A stretch of 64,000 nucleotides of DNA, from assembly GCA_033442325.1 (NCBI GenBank), contig JAWQFM010000028.1, forward strand, positions 335,246 through 399,245, written 5' to 3'. Positions 52,754 through 64,000 of this stretch are shown here, piece by piece (positions within the stretch are counted from its first letter, which is position 1; each line of letters opens with the position of its first letter). The notes beneath the pieces are model-generated. The model saw only the letters and a program-made list of their open reading frames with translations. It was not told the DNA's origin and searched no databases. Source of the stretch: Salpingoeca rosetta (Eukaryota > Protista > Choanoflagellata). The position numbers were made by a program, and so were the translations under genes.

Positions 52754-54162
52754 GTACTGCATGGAGCTTAAGCCGTGCTCTTGGTTCTGGTGGCAGACCG
52801 GACGCTCGTGAGCTGGCCATCCTCCATCCCCGCGAAATTGCCGTGTACACTGTCAAAGGTGATCTGCCAGCCATTACAATCATGCGTTGCCATGCTGGTT
52901 GTGTGTGTTGCGTGTATGTGTGTGTGTGTTTGGGTGTGTGTGTGGTTTATGTCCGTGTGCATGCGTGGGTCTGTGTCTCTGTCTCCGTCTCTGTCTGTCT
53001 GTCTGCCTGTCTGCGTCTGTCTGTCTCTCTCTCTCTCTCGCCATATCTCTCTCTCTCTCTCGTGCACGTCTTCACATGTTTGTGGCGTTCCTCCTCCACC
53101 CTCATCCAATGACACCCATCTCCGCCATGCCAGGAATCGTCGGCCAAGGCGTTGAGCTGTCCAAAATCTTTGGCGCGAAACTGGAGCGCACCGCTGCCAA
53201 CTTTGTCCCCGGCCGCTTTGGTGGCGCTGGTGCGTGCGCAAGCCATATCACCATCACCATTGCAACTGTCACCACCGCCAACACCACCGCCGCCACTATC
53301 GTCCTTTGCCGGCAGTTGACGAGGGCGCGTTGTTGCTGCTGTGCTCTGAACGCCAATGCGCGCGCGTTTGTGTGCGTTTGTGTCTTGGTCACATCTCTAA
53401 CACGTCCTGGGGTGAACATGTGAACGTGTGGTTGTGTGTGCTTGCATCATGGCAGTGAAAGACGTCATCTGCGTGCAGTCGATGGACGGCGCCCTCTCCT
53501 TCTACAATCACGTACGCACTGTGCTTTGCGTGTATGTGCATGAATGCGTGTGTGTATGTGTGCGTGTGTTTGCACGTATGTGGGTGGGTGTATGTGTGCA
53601 CGTATGTACGTGTATTTGTGTGTATGTGTGTTGTGCATGTATGTGCGCCAAGTGTCTGTCGATTGGCTCAAACGATGCACACCATGCAACCCCTCGCCCC
53701 GCACCACCACCACCACCACTGTAGGGGCGACTTGGGCTTGTGCGGTTTGTGCCGGACTTCCTTGTGCCGGGACCGCTGTGCTATCTCCAGCACGCCGACG
53801 CTATCATCACCTCCTCCGCAACTTGGGCCGTCTGCTCATACAAGTTCGTCCCGTGGTCGCGGTGGTGATGGTTGAGGTGATGGTGGTGATGATGGTGATG
53901 ATCGTAGTTGCATCGTCCCGATTGTTGGCAAGAGGCAAGAATTGCTCTCCGTGCATGTTGTGTTCTTGTGTTCTTCGCACCATTCTCCCCACCACCACCA
54001 CCATCACGACCACCAACACCATCGTCATGATGGCTTGCAGGTTCCTGGTGCTTGCCTCTGCTGGGGAGGCGGCGGCCCAGCGGTCCGGCGACAGCAGCCA
54101 GCGCAGCACCAAGGAGGGCGGAAAACGCGTCACGGTATCCACGCACTCCTCTTGCAGCTCCG

Positions 54163-54245
<83 letters not shown>

Positions 54246-54360
54246 GTGTGTGTGTGTGTGNNNNNNNNNNNNNNNNNNNNNNNNNNNNNNNNNNNNNNNN
54301 NNNNNNNNNNNNNNNNNNNNNNNNNNNNNNNNNNNNNNNNNNNNNNNNNNNNNNNNNNNN

Positions 54361-54416
<56 letters not shown>

Positions 54417-54528
54417 ATCTGTATGTATGTGTGTGTAGTTGTGTGTAAATGTGCACTTAACAGTCACCATTATCATGACTACCACCATCCTCATCCATCA
54501 CGTCATCTGCACACACGTACCCACACAC

Positions 54529-54578
<50 letters not shown>

Positions 54579-54806
54579 ACATGACCGCGACCGCTGTTCA
54601 GAGCGACTGGGAGTGCAACATTGGCGAGGAGGTGCTGCAGCTGCGCGTGTGCGGGACAAAGACGCCGTGTATCCTCGCGCTTGGTCGTACGTCGCTCTTC
54701 TGGATTGCGGACGATGGCTCCCTTCTCCGTTCAAATCGCATCGAATCCCCGTTATCTTGCTGCCTGCCCTTCAGATGCGGTCTGTTCTTGCGTCACGCGT
54801 GTGCGC

Positions 54807-54855
<49 letters not shown>

Positions 54856-57155
54856 TGTTTCTGTGTGTCTGTCTATCCGTCTGTCTATCCGTCTGTCTGT
54901 TTCTGTGTGTGTGTGTGTGTGAGTGAGTGTGTGTGTGTGAGTGAGTGAGTGAGTGAGTGAGTGAGTGAGTGTGTGAGTGTGTTTCTGCATGTGTGGGCTC
55001 TTTCTAGCGCTGTTCACACATGACGCAATCACCACCTCTCTCCACTCTCCTTCCTCACTTCAACCATCACCACTCACCCCCGCTCTCATCTCCACCTCGT
55101 CACACGGCAACCCCCCCCCCCCCTTACCAGTCGGCGAGAGTGCGCATGTGGTTGTGTGCGGGACGGACGGGATTGTGCGTGTGATGCACGACAAGAAGGT
55201 CGCGTGGGCCGCGGGCGGCGCTGGCTCGCCCGTCGCCGTCGCCACCACCACCCAGTGGTCAGTCCCATTGCACACGTTATGTGTGTCTTGTTTGGGTGTT
55301 TGGGGAGGGGGAGCGGGTGTTGACTTGTGCTCGTGTGTGAATTGTGCTTGTGTGTGAATTGTGCTTGTGTGTAAGTGATTGTTAGCGAGTGTTAGCGAGT
55401 GTATATGTGTGTGTTTGTTGCGGTTATCTGTTTGCCCTGGCAGTGTCTACTTATCTCCACCTGGCACCAAACGTGTGCCTCGCGTGCGTATCTTGCTTCT
55501 CACCATCATCACCACGATCATCATCACTACCACCACCACAGCGGCGTGAAGGGACTGCTGACACTGCTCGGTTCGTTCGTTTACCGACACACCATGACCA
55601 TGCCACTTCTTCTGCTCGCTCGTCCTCATGTGGCTGTCACCAGTCTCGCTTATCTGCTTTGCTCGCACCGAGATCTCACGCGCTGTTGCTCCGCCGTTCT
55701 ATACATGTGTTGTGTCGCGTTTTGCTCCCCATGTGCGTGTGCGTGCACGCGTGTGTAGATGAGAATGGGACGCTGTCTGTCGTCTATCTTGGAACAGACC
55801 CCCGCCTACCTGTCCTCAAATCGCAGAACGAACACAACTACGAGGTGGCACTCCACCTCGCCTGCCAGTTGAACTTGCTGAATCGTGTGGCATTCACGTA
55901 CAGCACACTTGAACTTTTGCTTGCTGGGATTGGCGTCACGAAACGCCTTTTCGTCACTCCACATCCCCTCTCTTTACGCACGCACACTCACGCACACATT
56001 TGCTTGCAGGCAATGGATTCCGAGCTGAAGAGACTGCAAAAGATCATGTCTGCCGCCAAGGACGGAAGTGCGTTTTGCTTTGCAAGTAACGGTATATGTG
56101 AAGTCACACGGACTGCTGGGAAGAGCATATGTTAAGACGACACGCTACCTGTCGCCGTTCATTTGTATTTACACGTGTGTGTGTGTGTGTGTGTGTGTGC
56201 TCTTGCGCGTGTGTTTGCAGAGCTGAAGACGGTGCCGGATGCGCAGCTGCAGGTTGAGATCTCGGACTTCTACCCCGTCGACCCCGTGCGTGCACTGGAG
56301 AATCGGGCTGGGGCGTGGGGGGGGGGAGAATGGGAACGGGAAGACATGCATTGGCGTGGCTGTTAATTCAGGACACACGCACATGTTCGTCCGACAGTGA
56401 CCGTAGCGGCAGTGGTGATCGCAGCAGTTACAGAGAACCGAGTCTCATTGAATTGTATGAATGCGTGCACACAACGTTACAGGTGCGGAGTGAGGTGGAT
56501 CCAAGCGCTGTCTTTCAGACAGGACTCACGGTACGAAGATTCTAAGCGTGTTTCATTGTGCCAATGTCTCAACAGGACAACACACACACACACACACAAG
56601 CTAACACCCGCCCTGTGCACGTGTGTGTGTGTGTGCGTGTGCGTGGTGCAGGTGTCGCTGTCAGCACCGGCGGGCTACGTGGCGACAGATGTGGTCATGC
56701 GCATCGTGTGTGAACGGCCCCTCATCTGCGATCAAGTCGCCATCAACTTTGAAGACCAAGGTCTGCTGCTGGGTGCCCTTGATATCGAAGGGTGGTGCCG
56801 CGAGCGGCAGCAGTGCTAATGTTGTTGTTGTTGTCTGATGATGGTGATGTTTAAACCCCGATGTGACTGTTGGCAACAAAGCAGTTTGATTGAATTCAAG
56901 TGTAATCGTGTTCACGCCCTCTGCGTAAATGCTCACTCTCACGTAACACCTGCGACATACACACGCGCTACTTCATTGCCCCCCCACCTCCTCCTCCTCT
57001 TCCACCTCTCGACTGCAGCGATTGATGAGGAGACGGCTGTGGATGTGCGTCTGGCGTTTGCCTCTGTTGTCGGCGTGCCCGTGTCCTCGCTGCATGCCGC
57101 CCTCTCCATCACATACACCGTCAAAGGTGCACTAGATCCCCATACAACTAGTTGT

Positions 57156-57213
<58 letters not shown>

Positions 57214-58023
57214 TGGCTGTCATGCCGCGCCGTCTGCCACCCCACATCAAAATTGATGTTGCGCAAGCGCACAGTCTCACGCCTGCAACGTGACCGGTGC
57301 TGACCCCCCTTCTTTCGTCATCACACGCAGGTCAGCCGCAGACGTACGAGTGCGAGGTCCCGCTGCCGCTGACCCTGGCGTACGACGTGGCACCGCCAAA
57401 CAAGACTGCCCAGCACAAGATCACCATCGCCACCAACCACACGTGCATCACCATGAACGAGCTGTTTCCTGGTGCGGTGTGCTGCTGCTGCTACTGCTGT
57501 AGTAACAATGCTGCTTGGATATTGTGTGTGTGTGTGTGCCTGTCTCGATGCAATTTGTCGCGAACATGCGTTTACGATGTGAACAGCCCACGCAGATACA
57601 CACGTGCTTGCACTTTACACATGCTCTCACTCGCCCGACCGCATATCCACACCACACACGCAAACCCCATTCCATCCCCTCTTTCTTACATTCATCCACC
57701 CGCCCCCCCCCCACACACACACACACCAGAGCTTCTTCGGGGCCACGAGATGACGCCTGCGATTGGGTTCCGGCTGCGGGACACGGACGAGGTGGCGACG
57801 GTGATATCTGCCAAGACGTCATCACGCTATCGGATACAGGCGGACTCGTGGTCCACGATGGCGGGTGTCCTCGTCGCCGTCACGCGCGCACTCCGCCAGC
57901 ATTTTAGGTTGCATAACAGAGGGCAGGGAGATGGATGGGGTGGGAGCTCGGTCGTGGTGGTGATGGTGGGGAAGGCACGATAGGCACTTTTGCCTGATCA
58001 TACTCTCGTTGAATACATCAGTG

Positions 58024-58109
<86 letters not shown>

Positions 58110-58448
58110 GTGACTCACACGCATCCATACACCACACACGGTCTGCGGTTGGTGTTTGTGCCCAGCGGGTCCACACCGCCGCTGGCAATCAGCATGAAGG
58201 AGCTGCCCTCGCTCTCACCGCTCTTCACCGCCATCGACACACACTTCCACGTCCGTTTGGCCACAGTGACAGGGGCTATAGAGAAAGGGGGGGGGTGTGT
58301 GGTGGTCCGTGGTTCGTGCAGGAACTAGTGCTGGTGTGCAGATTCGGGGGGGGGGGGGGGTTTCAACTGAGTGTCGTTTGTAACACGCACCCACCAAAAC
58401 ACACACACGCACCCACCAAAACACACACACACACACACCAAAACACAC

Positions 58449-58483
<35 letters not shown>

Positions 58484-58629
58484 TACCCCAACAACCGTTG
58501 CTGCTGCTGCAGATACGGCGGGCGAAGGCGGAGATGGCGGCTGCGCTCGGGGAGCAGGCAACGCAGTTCCGCTCCCTGCAGAAGCGGCTTCTCGCCCGCG
58601 TTAAGGTCGGAAGCCGCGGTTGTGGCCGT

Positions 58630-58710
<81 letters not shown>

Positions 58711-59289
58711 AAGAACGTGGATGTGTTTTTGTAGTGTGCTAGTTGTGTGCATGTGTGGTTTGCTCTACGTTGCTTTGTGCTCGCTTTGCTTTCATGGGGC
58801 GTGTTTGAATGCCTCATCATTTCGCCATCACCACCGAACTGCTGTGCCTGCACGCAATTTCGAAACGTTCCACCCCGCACCAGGACGTCACGCCCTCTCC
58901 CATTGACCAGATGTCGTCGCTGCTCGAGGCAACACAGCACGAGGTACACATGCGCTGGCTGTGTGTTGTTGTTGCTGGTGGCGGACCGGGTGAGGAGATA
59001 GCGCCAGCTTCCGGCCACCACAGCACAAATGGAAGCAACACACACACACACACACACATTTATACATGTACATATACACTCACACACGCACGCACGCACG
59101 CACACACACACACGCACAACATATACACGTGCACATTTTACCTCACCGTATTACCACCTCACCGTCAGATTGGGGAGGTCTCTGAGCACNNNNNNNNNNN
59201 NNNNNNNNNNNNNNNNNNNNNNNNNNNNNNNNNNNNNNNNNNNNNNNNNNNNNNNNNNNNNNNNNNNNNNNNNNNNNNNNNNNNNNNNN

Positions 59290-59368
<79 letters not shown>

Positions 59369-59379
59369 CTGTTGTTGTC

Positions 59380-59452
<73 letters not shown>

Positions 59453-60147
59453 GATGCTCTTGTTGCTTTTGCTCTTGTTGTTGTTGTTGTTCTTGTTGTT
59501 GGACCGTCTTGCAGAGTCTCACGAGTACACGTGGTTGCTTGCGTCGCGCGCGCGCGTGTGTGTCAGGTTCACATTCGATCTTGATGATGCCGCCTTCCAC
59601 CGCGTCTCCAGCATCGTCTCTCCACACGTCGTCGACACGATTGAGCAGGTCCCCACTCGTTTTCTCTGTGTGCGTGTATCTGCGTTTCTACGTGCGTGCG
59701 TGCGTGCGTGCGTGTGTGTGTGTGTGTGTGTGTCTGTGTGTCTGTGTGCCTGCGTGTGTCTGTGTCTCTCTCTCTGTCTCGCATTCACTCTCTCTTCTCC
59801 TTGTTTTTTGAGTGAACATGTGCGCATGTCTTGGTTCACTCATTCATCGCACGCTCGCCGAACAACCTGTTCCAACATCATCACTGAAACCCGACCACAC
59901 CTCCTTCATCGTTTGCGTGCAGGGTTGGGAGGAGAGCACGCTCGCATCGCTCACATTCCTCATCAGCACCACTCTTGCACGCAGCGAAAAGGACAAGATT
60001 GGTCAGTCACGCGCGTGGTTTGTGTGGTGGTGGTGGAGCGGGGCGTGTGTGCATGCGCGAGAGAAGCGTGCGCACACACACACACACACACACACTCACA
60101 CATACTCACACTCCCACTCACACTCACACTCACACTCACACTCACAC

Positions 60148-60182
<35 letters not shown>

Positions 60183-60410
60183 CACACACACACACACGCA
60201 CACTCACACACACACACACACTCTCTCTCTCTGTGTGCCTGACAACAAACCTCGACACGTTCACACGCGCTGCTTCATGGTGACACCTCCACCATTGCAG
60301 TGAACCCTGGGCCCTTGCAGCTGCCGGACTCGACAGACAAGCTGCACCGGTACATCAAGTTGTTCGTTGACCGGCTCCCAGGCTCCTCCATTGCAACGGG
60401 AGAGGCGTGA
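51790..60410 (+). CDS. BBS9: BBSome subunit BBS9/PTHB1 (multi-exon, interrupted by two gaps)
   Basis: MSLFQAK|EFWTT...LVVGNIDN, RIVVGSLTG, LAILHPRE, DVICVQSMDGALSFY, LSVVYLGTDP, ISAKTSSRYRIQAD, QFRSLQKRLLAR and GWEES all match the PTHB1 family. Confidence 0.92.
59290..59500. repeat. (TTG)n microsatellite next to an assembly gap, in a BBS9 intron
   Basis: Read directly from the sequence. Confidence 0.9.
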
Positions 60411-60699
60411 TGTTACACACGCGGCGTCATCGACGTTCGCTGCGCCTGCAGTTGTTCAAGTTGGTTGTTGTTTACACTAATTGTTGTTCTTGCTGTTTTC
60501 TCCTCCTTTTCACTTCTGTCTACTGTGCTGTGCCTTGTCGTGATGTGAAGGGTGCATGATAGGCGTGTTGTGTTGTCTGAGGTGCTCTGGTGCATGCATT
60601 GCGACAAACGCACACGTGTATGCATTTGCTTCAAGCTTTTGTTGGGCAGGAGGCATGTCAAGTCAAACGTCACAACACAAACAAAAAATCAATTTTGCA

Positions 60700-62023
60700 T
60701 CTTTAATGGTGTCGCTTGCCCCGTGGTCGTGGGGTTGCCCGTAAGCAACACACCGTGGTCGCCAGACCAGTTGGAAAAGGCAGGAAGCAGAAGAAAGCAC
60801 AAGACAGCAAGGCCCACGGCCCCGTTACACATTACGCAAACAAATTAAAGCACACATTCACACGACCCGAGTCCGTGGGTGGGTTGCACTTGTCGGGTAC
60901 GTGGACCCTCAGGCCCTCCAAAGAGGGGGGAAAGCATTCGTATAAATAAGTGGGTCACACGTCGCGGCCCTGAGGCCGGCTGGAGAGGGGTACCCACTAT
61001 CGAACTATGTAGTGGGTGGTCGCTGACGCCGCTGCCGCCGGCTGCGAGACGGCGCGTCTGTCGCTCGGTCCTTCCCCGTCGACCGTGGCGGTGGCGCTGC
61101 GGCCGGCCTTCGCGGGTTGGCGGGCCCGGCGGCTTCCGCGGTCGGAGCGTCCGTTGCGCCGTGGCTGTTGTTGTTGTTGTTGTTGTTGTTGCTGCTGCTG
61201 TGGTGCGGAGGATGTCTGCCTTTGTCTTTGTCGCCTCTTTCTCCGTCCGTCTCCGCGGCGGGGCGGTCGGTTGCGTTGCGCCCGCTGACCTCTGGCGGCC
61301 GTGGCCCAGGTGTTGGTGTTGCGTTCGGTGGGAAAGATGGAGTGCGTCTGGACTCCGCGCCGGCCCCGCCGTCCTTGCCGTAGCGACACGTCATGGTGGC
61401 TTCGTGGCTGCGCTTCTGGAAGGCGATGGATAGGCGATGGAGGGCGTAGGCGTAGTAGCTGGGTGTGGCGTGGTTGTGTACGTGTAGCTGGGTAGGTCGG
61501 CGTTGTAGACGACGCGTTTGATGAAGCGAACAAAGAACTCGCCCAGGCGGCCCGTGGCGTTGTTGTCCGCCGTCCACATAGCCTCCCTTCTCGCATACGG
61601 CCGAGAGGCCGCTGCTGCAGAGGAATGCGGCGATGTCGCCGTTAAGACGATCGTGTCGCCTTTTGCGGATAGATTGGCAGCTTTCCTGGTGGAACGCGCT
61701 CTCCGTTGGCTTGTGACATGCCCTGCACGAGGCGCGAGGGTGGTACCCGGCCGCTGGAACTCGGATACGCGCACTGAGGGAAGTCCGGAATTGTGCATCG
61801 TTGAGGGTGAGTTCTGGGCAGCTGGGCATCACGGTGAGCCAGTGGAAGGAGCCGGGGCCGCCCGCGCTGAGCTGGAAGGCGCGGACGGTGCGCTTGTGGC
61901 TGTAGGGGGTGCGTTCATCCAGGATCTTGGTCAGGGTGCGCTGGAGCTTTCTCCTGGCTTTGAGGACCTCGTCAATCGTGGTGACGCCGCCCTGCTTTTT
62001 GTCGCGTGTCGTGCACGCGAGCC
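60700..62023 (-). mobile_element. 3' fragment of a CRE-clade (restriction-like endonuclease) non-LTR retrotransposon, damaged; 5' part lies in the gap; 3' boundary approximate
   Basis: Intronless coding stretch without dinucleotide repeats: HWLTVMPSCPELTLNDAQFRTSLSARI, CCHC knuckle CRAC-x8-H-x3-C followed by RRHD, then TGRLGEFFVRF and RLSIAFQK in shifted frames. The PD-(D/E)xK core is not seen. Confidence 0.75.
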
Positions 62024-62841
62024 NNNNNNNNNNNNNNNNNNNNNNNNNNNNNNNNNNNNNNNNNNNNNNNNNNNNNNNNNNNNNNNNNNNNNNNNNNNNN
62101 NNNNNNNNNNNNNNNNNNNNNNNNNNNNNNNNNNNNNNNNNNNNNNNNNNNNNNNNNNNNNNNNNNNNNNNNNNNNNNNNNNNNNNNNNNNNNNNNNNNN
62201 NNNNNNNNNNNNNNNNNNNNNNNNNNNNNNNNNNNNNNNNNNNNNNNNNNNNNNNNNNNNNNNNNNNNNNNNNNNNNNNNNNNNNNNNNNNNNNNNNNNN
62301 NNNNNNNNNNNNNNNNNNNNNNNNNNNNNNNNNNNNNNNNNNNNNNNNNNNNNNNNNNNNNNNNNNNNNNNNNNNNNNNNNNNNNNNNNNNNNNNNNNNN
62401 NNNNNNNNNNNNNNNNNNNNNNNNNNNNNNNNNNNNNNNNNNNNNNNNNNNNNNNNNNNNNNNNNNNNNNNNNNNNNNNNNNNNNNNNNNNNNNNNNNNN
62501 NNNNNNNNNNNNNNNNNNNNNNNNNNNNNNNNNNNNNNNNNNNNNNNNNNNNNNNNNNNNNNNNNNNNNNNNNNNNNNNNNNNNNNNNNNNNNNNNNNNN
62601 NNNNNNNNNNNNNNNNNNNNNNNNNNNNNNNNNNNNNNNNNNNNNNNNNNNNNNNNNNNNNNNNNNNNNNNNNNNNNNNNNNNNNNNNNNNNNNNNNNNN
62701 NNNNNNNNNNNNNNNNNNNNNNNNNNNNNNNNNNNNNNNNNNNNNNNNNNNNNNNNNNNNNNNNNNNNNNNNNNNNNNNNNNNNNNNNNNNNNNNNNNNN
62801 NNNNNNNNNNNNNNNNNNNNNNNNNNNNNNNNNNNNNNNNN
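62024..62841. other. Assembly gap (818 N) between the retroelement and the aminotransferase exon
   Basis: N characters. Confidence 1.
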
Positions 62842-63131
62842 CACGTACCCGTTTGCATGCAAGACAAGAATAAATGGTGCGACTGAATCGATGCAAGCCC
62901 TGAAACAAACCGCGGAAAGAAAAGAAAATTGTGTGTGTTTATGGGGGGGGGGGGTGAGCAGTGGCTGTAACCACAAAAGTGCAGCAGGGCAACCACAAAA
63001 CGCACGCACACACGCACACAGAAACACACGCACACGCACACAACAAACAAACACACACACACGCACCGAAACACACGCACCGAAACACACGCACACAGAA
63101 ACACACGCACACAACAAACACACACGCATAC

Positions 63132-63362
63132 CTGAGAAAGGTTGACGGCGCCATGCTTCTGGGCCAGTGGCGTGAATTCCACCCACACAGTGTCTTCAAA
63201 GCCACTGGCTCGTGCAGCCAGCCTGTTCTTGTCGCAGCACAACCTGCTGCTCGAGAGGCTTCGCGACAGAACAGCAGCACTGCACCACTGCGATGCCCGT
63301 GCCTGCTGCAGCAGCCGCCGGCCCACAGCACCAACAACAGCACCACAACTGCCAGTCATCAT
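63132..63362 (-). CDS. First exon of a kynurenine/glutamine aminotransferase (KYAT/CCBL-like, class I PLP enzyme) with a mitochondrial presequence; remainder not visible
   Basis: An Arg/Ser-rich leader is followed by ARASGFEDTVWVEFTPLAQKHGAVNLSQ| and a GT donor. This matches the KAT 'WVEF..LA.....VNLGQG' N-terminus. Confidence 0.75.
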
Positions 63363-63732
63363 CGTCTGCTTGAATTGTTATGCGTTAATTTAGCATCAAA
63401 TCATACCATCTTCCCGCCGCCCAAATTTCAAATAATTTACGACACACCCCTCTGTCGACACATGGTCATCACACACGCACGCACGTCAACAACACACACC
63501 GCAGCGATGTTCGCAGTGGCAGCAGCAGCATCTTGTGAGCGCCGCCCCAGTGGCGATGCGCAAGCGACAAAGGTGATGGCACACGTACTCATTTTCTTGT
63601 CGATCACACATTTTTGCATGTCCAGTTGTAGGTATTCCATGTGCTCCCAGGCGTCGACACACGCACACACACACATGCACGCACACACACACACGCACGC
63701 ACAGACGCACACACACACACGCACACACACAG

Positions 63733-63772
<40 letters not shown>

Positions 63773-63789
63773 GCACGCACACACGCATA

Positions 63790-63861
<72 letters not shown>

Positions 63862-64000
63862 CACACACACGCACGCACGCACGCACGCACGCACGCATCG
63901 ACACACACACACACATGTGCCTTGACGCTGCATCAGCGCCAACTGCATACAACCCACAGAGCATCGACACCTGCCATCTGATGTGTCATTCGCGCCTCAC

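Noticed and set aside
60840-61020. Possible hammerhead or HDV ribozyme in the retroelement UTR
   Set aside because: No CUGANGA...GAAA core on either strand by eye, and HDV-like ribozymes of such elements normally lie at the 5' end.
61005-63362. 785-aa ORF that appears to fuse an aminotransferase to a retroelement protein
   Set aside because: Artefact of reading through an intron and 818 Ns.
63437-63660. Possible terminal exon of a gene entering from the right edge ([15 protein letters not shown]...)
   Set aside because: No recognisable motif and no confident splice or frame support within the window.

Overview
This is gene-dense, intron-rich eukaryotic DNA in which nearly every intron carries (GT)n/(CA)n microsatellite. 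That style, plus holozoan-like proteins and a BBSome gene, suggests a choanoflagellate such as Salpingoeca rosetta (inference only). Most long ORF-track entries are microsatellite artefacts, so gene models were spliced by hand on GT-AG boundaries. Left to right: DHX36 G-quadruplex helicase (-), an unknown ubiquitin-like + Ig-like protein (+), a CLIP-170-like CAP-Gly protein (-), USP36 (-), a secreted single-MRH lectin-like protein (+), a 94-aa secreted 8-Cys peptide (-), an intronless F-box/LRR gene (-), an intron-containing bacterial-type alginate/glucuronan lyase (+), PAN3 (-), a putative small secreted Cys-rich protein (+), ANKRD39 (-), PSMD7/Rpn8 (+), RPA12 (-), BBS9 (+), a damaged CRE-clade non-LTR retrotransposon 3' end (-), and the first exon of a kynurenine aminotransferase (-). 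There are five N-gaps. The most interesting signals are four. (1) An in-frame mitochondrial-presequence-like extension on DHX36. (2) A perfect 24-bp inverted repeat built on a palindromic initiator-like motif that recurs at a second promoter. (3) A polarity of intronic GU and CA repeats that suggests RNA-structure-assisted splicing. (4) A ~10-kb block (lectin, Cys peptide, F-box/LRR, polysaccharide lyase) that may act in microbe or glycan interaction. No searches were run; all family calls are from motif recognition.
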